Part shown: in pieces, positions 38,580 through 51,806 of the stretch
Layout of the letters: each line of letters starts with the position of its first letter
Position numbering within the stretch: the first letter of the stretch is position 1
Assembly: GCA_965112155.1 (NCBI GenBank)
Contig: OZ218098.1
Direction: 5' to 3' (one strand)
From: Podarcis liolepis
Lineage: Eukaryota
Length of the DNA: 64,000 nucleotides
Position numbers and translations under genes: made by a program
The notes under the pieces: generated by a model
Database searches by the model: none
Told to the model about the DNA's origin: nothing
The model's input: only the letters and a program-made list of their open reading frames with translations

Positions 38580-39540
38580 CAGAGAAGCTGAATGAATTCT
38601 TTGCAACAGTCCTCACAGCAGAAGATGGAGGACAGATCTCTGTGCGTCAACTAACTTTTTATAGGAATGGAATCCGAAGAACTGAGGCCAAGGGTGGTGA
38701 CAATATACATGTTCCTGGCCTTAATGTTAAATTACAAACTTACAAATCACCATGTCTGAATGGCATTCACCTTAAAGAACTCAAATGTGAAACTGCTGAT
38801 CTTCTAACAAAAATATGTAACTTGTCTCCTATATCAGCCTCCACACCAGAGGACTGAAGAGTGTATAATTTAACTCTTTTTTAAAAAGAGGATGTAGGAA
38901 ATTACAATCCAGGTATCTTAACATCTGTTCCAAGAAACAAATATGTAAAGCATAATTATAGAGTTACCAGGCATATCAAAGAACAAGTCATGCTAAAGCA
39001 GAACTAGCATGGCTTCTGCAAGGAAAAGCTCTGCATCATTTTTAGAGTTCTATAGATAGGAGTGAGCCCATTGATACTGTATACTGTACTTAAGACTTTC
39101 AAAAAGCTTTTGATAAAGCACCTCACCGAAGACTCCTAAGTAATAGACTTAATAAAGGTGTTTAAAATTATGCATGATTCTAATACTAGAACCTGGGGCC
39201 ATCCTATGAAGGTGAAAGTTGAAACATTCAAGACAGAACTAAGAAAATACTACTTCAAAGAAGCACTATGGCTTCACTCCAATGAGATTAAGTGATGGCC
39301 ACCAATTTTGGCAGTTTTAAAATATTAGACCAATTCATGGAGAATAGAGCTATCAATGATGACCATGGTATACCTCCACGGTCAGAAGCAGTGTTCCTTT
39401 GAATACTAATTCCTGAAAACTGAAAAATAGGGAGAGTGCTCTCTTGCCTGCAGACTTCCCATAGGCGTCTGGTTGGTCACTATCAGAACAGTATGCTGGA
39501 CTAGATGTGTCTTTGGTCTGATCCAACAGGGCTCTGTCTT
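38580..39540 (+). mobile_element. CR1 LINE fragment with internal deletions (intron 1)
   Basis: GIHLKELKCETADLLTKICNLS RT-type peptide and a DFQKAFDK-encoding stretch (gactttcaaaaagcttttgataaa). CR1 3' end is present. Confidence 0.85.
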
Positions 39541-40736
39541 AATCAAAATCTCCCTACATCAAGATATAGTTGTCAGGTTTCCATTGAAAGGAAGAATGCA
39601 ACTTTTAAGTTGTGGCTATAGCCATAAAATCATCTAGGGCTTTTACTACTGATTCCCAGTTGCCTGTTTGAGTAGCTTGGGATTACAGTCTCCCTACCAC
39701 CCCGATCGCAAAAAGAAAAAAACCCTTGATGGAAGCTGGGTTCTTGGATTCGCTGCATGCTGGGTCATGTAGTTTCGTTCCTCCTGTTTGCACAGCAATG
39801 AAGCATTCCCCCAGTGTTACATTGTGAATCCTTGCTCGTGACACCTATGGACAACACCATACCCCCACCAGCAATACGGCTGAGTGGCATTATGTGTTTA
39901 TTTAGTTTGTGCAAATTCAACTCCAAAGCAGAATATCTGTCGTTCCTGCAAGAGTGGCAAGGAACCCTTTTGTTTTCCTTATTCCTCCGCCCCTCTGCTA
40001 GGATCCCGTCCACCCATCCAAAGGTCCATTCCAACCCTTTTCTTCTCATCTCTAGGACCTGCCAGCCTTCATCTCCCTCCCCCCACCCCACTGCCTCTTC
40101 TTCCTTGTTGTTTTTTAATCATTTCCTGGATTCTTCCCCTTGAGGAAAGCTCTTTCCCCCAGCCAGAGAGGAGCTCTCTAGGCTCATACATGGAGGAGTG
40201 GGGTGGGGGGAGGCAGCAGAGAGACTGACGAATGATATGACCCAGTGGGAACCCAGGCCACCCACTGGCACTTCCACATCTTTGCCAACAAGTGGTGATG
40301 CCTCACAGCCAGAACAGGGAAAGGTGGGGAGTTAGTCACACACATAAATCACTTTATGTGTGATTTAAGGAAATGCTGGCTATACCTGATGTAAGATTTG
40401 ACTGTAACATATTCCATATCCTTAGTAATCAGCTGTGGCTGCCTTCCACTGTGCAAGCCCCCATCCCATCCCACTCCTAGAACTTGTGCTGGTTAAGAAG
40501 ATGACAGGGTGACAGAGCCAAACAGGCCCACTACACAGCATACTGTGAGCTGTAGAGCAGGGGACTTTTCTTGCCACCCTTCTCTATCTCTATTTGGTGT
40601 CCTCCTATCACAGAGAGTTGGTAGGGGAATAAGAAGCAGGGAGAAGAAAGGTGCCGCAGGATGCTGACTCCCACCAAGATTGTAGTGTATTTCTGATATG
40701 AGGAGCCCAAAGCTTATAGGTGTGAAGGGCCTAAAT

Positions 40737-40856
40737 CAGAGATGGGGAACCTGTCACCCTCCAGACATTGCTTTGATCAGTCCTGACCTTTGGTCATGTT
40801 GGCTAGGGCTGATCGGAGTCCTGCACATCTGAAAGGTGACAGGTTCCTAACCCCTG
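40737..40856. mobile_element. Decayed hAT-type MITE
   Basis: cagagatggggaacctgtcacc...ggtgacaggttcctaacccctg. Imperfect TSD gcctaa(at/gc). Confidence 0.7.
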
Positions 40857-43203
40857 GCCTAAGCAGTATGTACACATTGAACATAATTGCCATCAAGCAT
40901 AATAAAATGTCTATTATTAACAAATGCATTCACGGGCCTTTGACCTGATCAAGTAGGGCTCTTCGTATTTTCTTCCCTGTGTGGAGGTCTGTGGGCTTTT
41001 ATTCACATTTGTTTAAATGCAAGAAGAATATCTCACACTATGAGGGAGCCTGGTAAAGCAGGATCCTTATTCATGCAAGGCATTTAAGCAAGCCTAAAAA
41101 GAAATCCTCACATATCTTGCCCATTTAACATGGAGGAAGATAGAAACAGAGCACCAAGGGCTGCTGGAACACTGGGAGCAGGGTTTGCATGCCCTTGCTC
41201 TCTATCTACACATACAGCATTCACCTGTTGAGGCAAATGTCTGAACACACCTAGTGTACAGACACAGTTTTTGACAGCAAGTACATGCAGAACAGAGTCA
41301 GAGTTAACTAATGATGCAGACCACAGCCAAAGTTAATGAACTGCAGTAAATGCTGCAATTCATGAGCAGTTCAGGAGCACATATATGACTAAATATGTTT
41401 GTACACAGTAATGTTGGGATCCAAAATGTTGTTCCCAGGTCCATCAGGGCTAACCACTACTGGTAATTTGCTGGCTGCTCATCCATTTTCTGAATGCACT
41501 GCACAAGATGAGACAGCCCCTCACTCTTTTCATAACTTTCCCCTGCAATGAAGGTAATTTGAAGGGAGAAATTTTGTGTCTGGCATGAGAACTCAGCCTA
41601 CCCTACTCCATGTGTTTTTCCACACAGAGAATTTAGGAGGGGGTAGTCTCATCTTTCACTTATCAGGCTTTGGATTTAAAAACAACTAAAAAAACCAACC
41701 CCTCTGTTTGAGTTGCTCTTGCTGCTTCCAACCTTCCACCTAAGCCTAGCAAGAATAATCATATCCTTCTTCACACTAGATATTGATGAAAGTTGGAAGT
41801 AGCAAGGAGAAAGCCTAACAACATGCTGGGAAGTAAAATCCTGACAAGTCTACAGTGCAGAATGCCCCCAAAAGACAAAATACTCAAGCTCACACACTGA
41901 CTTCTGTGACCTCAACAGGTTACAGATTTCATTACTCAGTTTCTAAGCTTCAAAATATTTGTACAGCAGATTCACAATGGAAAAGACTCAATCCTTTCCC
42001 AACTACTGCTTCCATATCTAATGCAGGGAAACCAGGTCACTTAATCATGTGTGAGCCACACATGATTAATAGTGTTGTGCAAATATTATGGGAGTTTTTT
42101 TGCTTTTTAAAAGTTTGAATCAACTCTTAAAATAAGGAGTCCATATGTTCAAAGATACTGATAATTAGTATAGTTTCAAATGTTTTGCTTATATCAAGTA
42201 AAAAAATAAAAATCAACAAATGAATTATTTGGATTAAAAGTAGCTTTTCAAAATAAATATTATCAGTTTCAATGACTACATATTGCCAATGTAAAATGTT
42301 TGAGCATATTGTCCTATTAAATATTTCATGACACATTGTCAAAGTCCTTACAACAATATAAGTACTCCCTGGAGAAATTTGTTGTGTCATTTGATTTACT
42401 GTGGATATATATACATTGTTGTCAAATATACAAAGAATCAAAGTAGTTATTTCCTCCTTTCATAAAGTTAGGGTTTAAAATAATTAAGGCAACCAACTAA
42501 GTTATAAATATTAAACACCTCATATTACAAACACCAGCTAACTTAAATAATGGGCCAGCTCATTTGATAATATTAAATAAATTTTGGTAAGCCTGACTAT
42601 TTCAAACCTATCTTCTAATGAAACAGATATTAGAAGTGAACATGAACAGCAAGGTTCCAAGGTGTTTCACAAACCCATCACAAACTTTACTTATACCAGT
42701 GTTCCATAAAGTGTACAGACTTCTTATAATAGTATCAGAGAAGCAATGCAACAAATCCTTAGTAAATACACCAGAACAACTATTTAAGAACTTTTTGATG
42801 AAGCTTTGTGTGTATGTGTGAGTGTGTGTACATGTGCATTATATATAAAACATGCACATGCTTAGGGAGTGAAATCTTATTACATTCCTTAAGATCATGA
42901 TCTGTTAAAAAGTCACACTAGACTATTAGCAGACTAAAAATAAAGAACTCATCTAGAAATAACAATACTGAATCTTCAATACAGGTCTTTCGCTAAACTG
43001 TTCTGAAGTTAGTGGTTTATGGACTACAGAGTATATTATTACTGATTAAAATAGGCTCAGTGGGGGGAAAGATGTGATGAGTTATAAACAGAAAAGAAAC
43101 AAAAGAATTCAATAAAATTTTACAACCTGGAGATTGAATAAATTCTTGAAACCTATTTAAGATGCTGAATGGTTGTATTTGCACTACTCTACTAGAACTC
43201 ACA

Positions 43204-43557
43204 GGGTCACAGGTGGCGCTGTGGGTTAAACCACAGAGCCTAGGACTTGCCGATCAGAAGGTCGGTGGTTCGAATCCCTGTGACGGGGTGAGCTCCCGTT
43301 GCTCGGTCCCAGCTCCTGCCAACCTAGCAGTTCGAAAGCACATCAAAGTGCAAGTAGATAAATAGGAACCGCTCTGGCGGGAAGGTAAACGGTGTTTCCG
43401 TATGCTGCTCTGGTTCGCCTGAAGCGGCTTAGTCATGCTGGCCACATGACCCAGAAGCTGTCTGCGAACAAACGCCGGTCTCTCGGCCCATAGAGCGAGA
43501 TGAGCGCCGCAACCCCAGAGTCGGTCACGACTGGACCTAATGATGAGGGGTCCCTTT
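43204..43557 (+). mobile_element. Sauria SINE, full length (intron 1)
   Basis: Same family. TSD tagaactcacag at 43193-43204 and 43557-43568. Confidence 0.92.
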
Positions 43558-43683
43558 AGAACTCACAGAAGGAAAATCTTGTACAAAGAAAAATGCTAAA
43601 ATGGTCTTGCAAGTTGTAAATAGCATTTGCAAACCAATCCACAAATGAAGGCTGAATACCTGGATTAAGCTTTAAATCATACT

Positions 43684-43687
<4 letters not shown>

Positions 43688-43714
<27 letters not shown>

Positions 43715-43719
43715 ATGTA
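43688..43719 (+). repeat. (TATG)n microsatellite
   Basis: Read directly from the sequence. Confidence 0.9.
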
Positions 43720-45842
43720 AAAACAACTATTTCCTCTAAAAATGTGAAATCTAATGTTGCCCAGGTAGATCACTAATGCAGCGAGACCTCTTCCTCTCCC
43801 CAACAGCCCCACTTTCTTCACTCTGCTCCTCAATTCTGGAAGTGGATTTTGATAGTGAGCAGAGGGCTGCAGGAGGGAGGGGAGGAATAGGTCCTCTTGC
43901 ACAAGCGGAAGTCCACTCTGCTGGTGAATGAACACGATTAATTATCACTCATAATAACCATTTACTTAGCTCATTACATGCCAAACAGCTAATGATTTTT
44001 AACATTAAGTTAGAATTAACTAGTGAAGCTTAGAATTAACTAGTGTTTACTCCAAATTTGGGGCATATGACAGAGTAGCATTTTAAGAGTTGAAGGCTAC
44101 AAACCTACACATACTTGCCTGAAAGTAAGTCCCATTGAATTTAGGGTGACTTCTGAGTAAACATTACAGGATTGCATTGCAAGGGGGCAATCCCAAGCAT
44201 TCTTAAGATTTTTTTAACTCAATGGGACTTTGTAGAAACCATGCTTAGGCCTGCACTATAAGTGATGTATTATGGCACTTTCACAGGCAATAGTCTTTAT
44301 AAGGTACTCACAACGAACTTTACCAATTAAAAACTTGTGGACTAAAATCGTTAATATTCTGAAACAAATATATACTACATAAAAGAAAATAAATACATAT
44401 ACTCGATTGTAAAAAAATACATAGTTGTCCATGCCAGAGAGATTCTATTATGAACTCTCCATTCATTTTTAAATGGTGATCACAAATATGAATTCCATAA
44501 TTCCTTTCAATGAAAACTGTCTAAACAGGCAGCTAAAATGAATGTGCAATTGATCCACAAATGTTTGGATCAATTGTACTGCCTTTTTTATTGTGCAGTG
44601 TAGACTTAAGAAATCTCTGCCAATTGCAGTATCTAAGCAAGAGGGAAAATACACTAATTATCTCCAAAAGCCTAAACTTAACATGCACACCCACCCACTG
44701 GCCTATTTTAGTCTGGATTTAAAACATTTCCCACCTACTTTTCGGGCAAATCTGCGGCACTGGAGTTGCTGAAAAACCTCATGCACAAAAGGACATATGG
44801 GAAGGTTTCCACACTTTCCCCTTCTCTTTACCCTCCCACTGAAGTTATTGTGCATCTTTCCCACGTCGAACTGTCACTCCCAGACTCCCATCTAGAGCTT
44901 TTCCTTGACAAGAGGAAATCCGGGGTGGGGGTTGGGGTTTTTTTTTTGTTTTTTGTTTTTTACAGAGGCAAGAAAGAACACGAAAGAACTGCAACCAGCA
45001 ACACACTCAGCCCCCGCCTCCTACCGTCGTTTCCAAAAGTCCTCCTATCCACCCTATGGAGTTGGGAAGAGGAGCAGGCCACTCGCGCCTGAGAGGAAAG
45101 TTTGCTATGACGAGATGGGGGGGGGAGGAAGAGGGAGAAAGAGAGAGACGACCAGAAAGAAGAGAAACGGGGGGGTGGGGTGCTGGAGAGAAAGGCAAGA
45201 ACGGAAGACCTACGGTTATTATTATTTTTAAAAAAGCAGAAATAATGGAAGGGGGGGTCAGACAGAGAAAGAAAGGAGGTGTTAGGTTGCCCCTTTCCTT
45301 GCCGCCTCATCTCCTCCTCCTCCCTCGCTGGGGGGGCCGTGACCAGCTGGCAGCCGCCGCCGCCGCCGCCACCAGAGCCTGGTAGAGCAGGCTCCGATCC
45401 TCCCCGCCGGCTCAGGCCTTCATCACCTGTCTGGGACCAAAGCAAGCAAGCAAGCAGGGGAGGCGTCCGGCCATTTCCCCTCCCCCTCCTCCTCCGCGGG
45501 GTGTGTAGGTATGGAGCAGACTCGGACGAGGCAGGAAGGAAGGAAGCGAGGAAGGAGAAAAGAAAAGGCAGCTCCGGTCTTCCCAGTTCACTCACTCATT
45601 CACTCACTCACTCAGCAGTTCCTGCTGCTGCTGCTGCTGGCGGCGGCCCCATCCCTCCTCGGAACTGGCGGCAGCCTTCACCTCTCCGGCGGCTGCAGCA
45701 GCAGCAGTAGCAACCGCCCCGACTCCCGAGCCCTAGCGCTGCTGCTGGCGGCGACGGTGCGGCAGCTGATGGGGCTGGGTGTAGTTGTGTGTGGGGAGGG
45801 GGGGTGGGAGTTGGGAAGGAGGAGCGGTTTCTTCCTCCTCAC

Positions 45843-46100
45843 CTCAGTCTCCGGCTCTCCCGCGGCACCATTCCCGGGACTCTCGCTCAGCGCCGGCGGC
45901 TCGTCGTCGTCGTCCCTTTCCCGGACCCGCAGCTCCCTCAGAAGAACTCCCGGCGGCCTGGCCCCATCTCTCCTCCTCCTCTTTCCTCCTCCCTCCCTCC
46001 CTCCCCGGTGATCTGGGCTTAGTAATGGCGGCGGCCGAGCCTCCCCGGCACTGGCTTCGCCGACGGAGCCGCTCGCCCGCCCGCTCCCTCGCGCTTACGC
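45843..46100 (-). other. ARHGAP5: Candidate non-coding exon 1 (3' boundary 45843; TSS approximate)
   Basis: Donor GACTGAG|gtgagg at 45843/45842 inside the CpG island. Confidence 0.6.
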
Positions 46101-46163
46101 TCCGCCGCCGCCCCCCTCCTTTCCTCGCTCCCTCGTTTCCCCCGCCCCCACCTCTAACTTTAC

Positions 46164-46330
46164 CTCAGCAGCTTTCCCCTGCCTTTCCCTCCCTCCCCCC
46201 TCCTCCCAGTTCTCGCCCCGCTGCCGCGGCTCAGCGCGCGCGCCCCCGAGGCCTTACCCGGGCTTTTGCGCGTGCGCGGCAGAAGGACCTTGTGTAGAGA
46301 GAGACGTTTCCGTTCCTTCCACGGGGCGGA
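46164..46330 (-). other. ARHGAP5: Candidate alternative upstream first exon
   Basis: Donor GCTGAG|gtaaag at 46164/46163. The 5' end is unknown. Confidence 0.35.
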
Positions 46331-47059
46331 CGTCGCGAGGCTCCTCCGGTGAAGCCCTGCCCACGCGCCGCCGCCGCCGCCATGCGCGCGACACAGCAGC
46401 CTCTCGGGCGCGAGCCTGGCCGGGTTGTATGTGTGTGTGTGTGTTTCTCTGTGTTTTCCTTCTTCCCTTTCCCTTCTGCTGGCCGAAAGCGCCGTCAGGA
46501 GGAGGAGGAAGGGAGAAAGGAGGCGGTCCATAGTCCCCGCCTCAGCCCCTGGGATTTTTAAAGGAGTGTGTGGAAGTGAAGAAGGAACATTTTGGGACAT
46601 GCACACACACCGCGCGCGCGGTTTATGCCCCTAGCCGTGGTCCTTGGAAAACCTGTGGTGGCACCCTCGGCTCTTTTTAAGGGAAGGAGTGGGCGAGCGC
46701 ATCGCCTGCGAAATGTGCCCGCGACTGAAGAGAGAAAAATCCAAGTGGGCAGTTAACTAAAACTCCATACTTGAAACTCCAGTTGCTCCGAATTAATACC
46801 TTTTTTATTATTATTAATCTAGCCATCCACCCAAGGGTTCAGGACAGCAACTGCAACGAGAGAAGTGACTTAAACAAGGCTAGCCGATAAACTGTAACCA
46901 AAATGGAAAGGGGAGTTGAACCTTCCCATCTGAGCTGAGCTCGAGAAAGGTTAGCAACAAGTGTATGAGGACTTTGGGCAAAGTGCCCTCTGGCATCTCC
47001 CCTCCTTTATGGGGGGGGGTGGCACATTAACCTGGCAGGAAGAGGAGGTGGAGTCAGCC

Positions 47060-47156
47060 ATGGGCATAGCCAGGATTGAGGGGGGCATAACCTCAGCTTT
47101 ATATTTTTAATGATTTTGTTATTTGGGGGGCAGCTGCCCCCCTAGACTACACCCAT
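47060..47156. mobile_element. Small degenerate MITE (possibly Harbinger-type)
   Basis: Imperfect TIRs atgggcatagccagg/cctagactacacccat. Confidence 0.45.
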
Positions 47157-49629
47157 AGAGTCAGCAGTGTACCAGGTGGCCAGGATGTGTGCATTCTTAA
47201 GCAGTTCTGTTCTGAAACTGAAACTGCGTGCCCCAAGACTGTACAGTATGTGTGATTTAATTTGCAAGGAGAGCAACAGGGAAAGCCCCCTGTCTTGCCC
47301 TGTAGGCATTTGCCACCCACAAACTCCCAATTAATTCTGGAGTCCAATGCCATGTCTAATACAAGTAACACCTACTTGGCCACTAATCTCCCACTGAGAG
47401 TATATGGTTCCTAGGCAGATAACAATTTATTTGTAAATTTTCTTGCACATTAAATTCTTGGATTTCTCCGCTGATTTCTATGCATTGGCTTTCACTTCCT
47501 TTCTTGTGGCCATTAAAAAAAACCAAAAAACTTCTGTCTGTGAACCACAGTAACCTATCCAAACAATGAGAGAGTTCTTTCTTCCCATTTTATATTTGTG
47601 TTTCTTCCTCTTTCATTTTCTTGACATGCTATTCCATTCCCACCCACCACCCACAGTTACTCTACATTTCATGCTCACTGAGCATGCATGCTCAGTTGGG
47701 GGGGGGGGGAGGGTTCTACCTTAGGGTTTTCCTGCTTATGTTTTTTGTACTTCTGCAAACCTTGTCGTTCCTCAGAGTCTGTCAATCCCCCTTGTGTTGG
47801 GATAGTGTTGTTTTGGCTACATAAGCACTGACACTGTCTCCTGAAGATCAGAAATAGAATATTAGGTGGAATAACTGCATTCCATGGACAGTGTTTCAGC
47901 CTAGCCTTCTCCTGACACACTAACTCCTCATGTGCAGATAATATTTAACATGACAGAATGTTCAAATACATTAAATGTACATTTATAAGCAACAGGTCTT
48001 CCTGCGTGCCAGAGAGTAGCATGCAAAGTTCTCCTTCAACTAGATGGTTTGTGTTGTCAGCTTGTTTCCCAGGGAGAGATGGAAGAAAAATTCTTTAAAA
48101 AGTCCCTCCGCCACCCAGCATTATTGGAACTACAATATAATAATAAGTGCATTGGATACTACAGTCCTGTGTATGCACATCTTAGTTCTGGATTCAAGGA
48201 AGTGGAGTTGATATATATCAACCATGTATGAACAGAGAAACCAATACAAAACACCTTCACTTGCAGATTTCTTTTGCTAAATCGCTATTAGATTATTGAA
48301 ATTAAACTGATCAATGGGAAATATGTGTTGTTCCCTTTGCTGCTAGAGGCAAAATAGCACATGGCACCCTGTCCCCTCCACCAGCTGCATACATACCATG
48401 CATTGAAAGTACATTTCCCTCCCACAAAGAATCCTGGGAACTGAAGTGTGTTAAGGGTGCTGGGAATTGTAGTTCTGTGAAGGGTAAGTGACAGTACCCA
48501 GCCGCATTATTTTGGAACCTAGGGCAAAAAAATACTAGAGGTATGTAAGTGGAGATGTTTCCTGATGTTACTGCCCCCACCACCAGTAAAAATGCAGTAA
48601 TAACAAATTAACAATTTGCTGACATTTCATGACATGCATAATTGCTGCCTCATTCTGCCTAATGGTAGGACCACCCTGTCTCTGAGAAAGATATGACAAT
48701 TCATGGTGAAATGTTTCAACAGCAGTCATAATTAAAATTAGATTAATGTGTTTAATGTTGTGCTTCAAAGATGGTGCAGAATAAATTTGAAATTCCCTAT
48801 CCATTATTTGTAACACCAATGTTATTCTATTGTGCTTCCTTCAGTTGCATGGGCTGTGTCCTTTACCTGTTTGTTCTACTGTTTTTGATTTATTTACTTT
48901 GTATTTTCATTTTAATTGTAAGTTGCTGCAGGAAGAGTGTTCTCTTGAAGGTATGAGATACAAATAATGTAAACAATTAAATCCAAGGGTGCACCAGTGG
49001 GATAGGATAATTATCTCTGGAATTGGTGCTACCTAGTCAGTGCCAGCATTGCACATGATGGAGGTGTGGAAGTATAACTAGCTGGGTACAAGCTACTCAA
49101 GTGCAATGGGCAAGGCCTTAGTTGCCATGTAGGAGACAGGCAAGGCTGGAAGGGAGAGGATGGAGCTATAGAATACTGGTAGCATTTGCTCCCATGAAAG
49201 GATGTTTGCCAAAAATCCAAGTGGCAACTCCAGACACATGGAGCTAACATCAGGGAATATCTCCACAGAGAAAACAGTGATCACAATCCACAGCCATGCA
49301 GACACCACCCCACAACATCAAAGTGTTATGTGCAATGATACTCTTCTCTGCAGTGTGTAGGGAAATCAATGCAATATTGATGGGATTGATCTACAATGTC
49401 ACCTTGGCATTCTCCCAGCATTATTACGGTGGGCCCCCAGTTCCTTCACTGCTCTTCCAATCTATGGGGAAAGGCCCCTGAACACCAAGGAGAGAATACA
49501 ATTTGAATGGCCAACACTGACCATATGAGAGCATATTATAGGATCTTGACTAGATAGGTTGAAATATGCAAAGTTCCAAGAATAATCTTAGTAGCACATA
49601 TTTTAGATGGACTTCCCAAATGAATAGTA

Positions 49630-50895
49630 TTGGGATCCATGCTTTTTAGCTTGCTTATTCACAATCTAGAGCTAGAGATGACTAGTGATGTAGCCAAGCT
49701 TGCTGGTGAAGAACTCCATAAAGTTCTCTTAGTAAAGTGGTAAATGCAATTCAATGTAAGCAAGTGAAAAGGGTGCACAATGCAATAGGGCAAAAAAATA
49801 AATAAAAAATAAATAAACATACACTACTTGGATGTGAAGGCTGACTAGGAAAAAGATTGTCGGGTCATAGAAGATAGATAAATGAAGATGCCAACCCAGT
49901 GTGTGGCAGCTTTGAAAAAGTATAATGTCGTGCTAGGGATCATTAGGAAAGGGATTGAAAATAAAACTGCCTATGGTAAGTTAAAGATAAAAGACCCCGG
50001 ATGGTTAAGTCCAGTCAAAGGTGACTGGTGTGCGGTGCTTATCTCGCTTCTCAGGCCGAGGGATCTGGCACTTGTCCACATACAGCTTTCTGGGTCACGT
50101 GGCCAGCATGACTCAACCACCTCTGGCACAATGGGACACTGTGACAAGTGCTAGAGCACACAAAACACCGTTTACCTTTCTGCCGCAGCAGTACCTATTT
50201 ATCTACTCGCACTGTTGTGCTTTCGAACTGCCAGGTTGGCAGAAGCTGGGACAGAGCAATGGGAGATCACCCTGTTGTGTGGATTCAAACCTCAGTGGTT
50301 TAGACCACAGCACCACCCGCATCCCCATAAAACTACCTATATCATAACACCGTTATCTATGGTGCAGCTCCACTTGGAATACTGTATGCAGTTCTGGTCT
50401 CCTCAAAAAATATTGTAGAGTCAGAAAAGGTTCAGAAAAGGGCAAGCTAAATGATCATGAGACAGGAACAATTCAATTATAAGGAAAGGTTGTGGCATTT
50501 AGTTTAGAGGGAAAAGTAAGATGATACAGGTGTACAAGATTTTACATGTTGTGGAAAAAGTACATAGGGACCCCTCATAATACTAAGAAAAAGCTGCCAA
50601 TAAAGCTGAATGTTGGCTGATTCAGTACTTCGTACAGCTTGAAATTTGTTCCCATAAGATATGATTGCCACCAACTTGGTTTTAAAAGGAAATTAGACCA
50701 ATTTGTAGAGGATAAGGCTATCCATGATTAGTGTCCATCGCTTGTCAGAGGTAGTATGTCTCTGAATAGCAGTAGCTGGCTATCATAAAAGGGGAGCGTG
50801 GTTACACTCAGGCCCTGCTTGGCGGCTTCTGGTTGGACACTGCAAGAATAGAATACTGGACTAGATAGGCCTTTGATCTGACCCAGCAGAGCTCC
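49630..50895 (+). mobile_element. CR1 LINE 3' fragment, interrupted by a SINE
   Basis: Degenerate ORF2 C-terminal peptides VLGIIRKGIENKTA and LHLEYCMQFWSP. The 3' end is similar to the other CR1 copies. Confidence 0.85.
49975..50326 (-). mobile_element. Older Sauria SINE nested inside a CR1 fragment
   Basis: Diverged Sauria body (tacctatttatctactcgca..., ttcgaactgccaggttggcag). TSD ataaaact(g/a)cctat at 49961-49974 and 50327-50340. Confidence 0.85.
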
Positions 50896-51564
50896 AGATC
50901 AGACTGTAAGGTGCTGAATTTTTTTGAATAAAGTTATCTTTCTCATATTTTGACCTAACACTGTTGAGGGCATAGGTCAAGAGAATACCTTTCACCATTT
51001 ATAGCACAGGAAAATATGCAATATACACCTTGCTTCATAACAGTGATTTACAAGAGAAGATCACTGCCATCATTTAATCACTGAATGATTTACTTTTCCA
51101 ATGTACTGCTTCACAATGATTTTGGCAACTGTGATAACAGAATGATGATCACTCTTTCTCCATCATTAATCTTTCTAGAAGAAGAGTCAATATTTGCTCA
51201 GATAAAACCCATGGCTGTAACCTTATTTAGGCATCAGTGGTGTGGAGGCACACTTCAACACAGAAAATGAAAGGATGGAAAGAAAGTGTCTGAAAAAAGC
51301 AACTTCAGTTTTATGGAGGTTCAGACAAAATGCTAAATGGTATAAAGAAAAGTTCACCTGTATTGCTGATTCTCAGGCATGGATTATGGTTGCAGCAAAA
51401 CTGTATTACTGACCTCATGCTTGTATTCCACCACTTATTAGAGGTCTCTGCTATCAAAGCCCAGAATATGAAGTAACAGAACCATTCAATTATTTTACGA
51501 CTCTGTCTAGACTAGATTTTGCTGCCAGTCAGAGCTCTTGATGGAGTTCCTCGATTGTGTGCTA

Positions 51565-51806
51565 CTGTGGTACCTCAGGTTACATACGCTTCAGGTTACA
51601 TACGCTTCAGGTTACAGACTCTGCTAACCCAGAAATAGTACCTCGGGTTAAGAACTTTGCTTCAGGATGAGAACAGAAATCGTGCTCTGGCGGCGCAGCA
51701 GCAGCAGGAGGCCCCATTAGCTAAAGTGGTGCTTCAGGTTAAGAACAGTTTCAGGTAAAGAACGGACCTCTGGAACGAATTAAGTACATAACCAGAGGTA
51801 GCACTG
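51565..51806. mobile_element. Tc1/mariner-type MITE
   Basis: TA-ctgtggtacctc...gaggtagcactg-TA. Has an internal 16-bp duplication tacatacgcttcaggt. Confidence 0.88.

Larger units (their letters stand above)
6810..46100 (-). other. ARHGAP5: ARHGAP5 gene span (approximate 5' and 3' ends; one or more non-coding first exons plus 6 coding exons)
   Basis: Six coding exons join in frame to 1498 aa. A CpG island lies at the 5' end and AATAAA candidates at the 3' end. Transcript ends are inferred, not observed. Confidence 0.85.
45300..46730. promoter_or_regulatory. CpG island / ARHGAP5 promoter
   Basis: Very high GC and CpG density, with (CCG)n runs and GC boxes. A YY1-like ATGGCGGC lies at about 46025 and an NRF1-like TGCGCGTGCGC at 46267-46277. 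The island sits 5' of exon 2 on the minus strand. Confidence 0.9.

Noticed and set aside
44766-46634. Many overlapping ORFs of up to 211 aa in the promoter region
   Set aside because: Low-complexity Pro/Arg/Gly/Ser translations on both strands, as expected where GC-rich DNA lacks stop codons.
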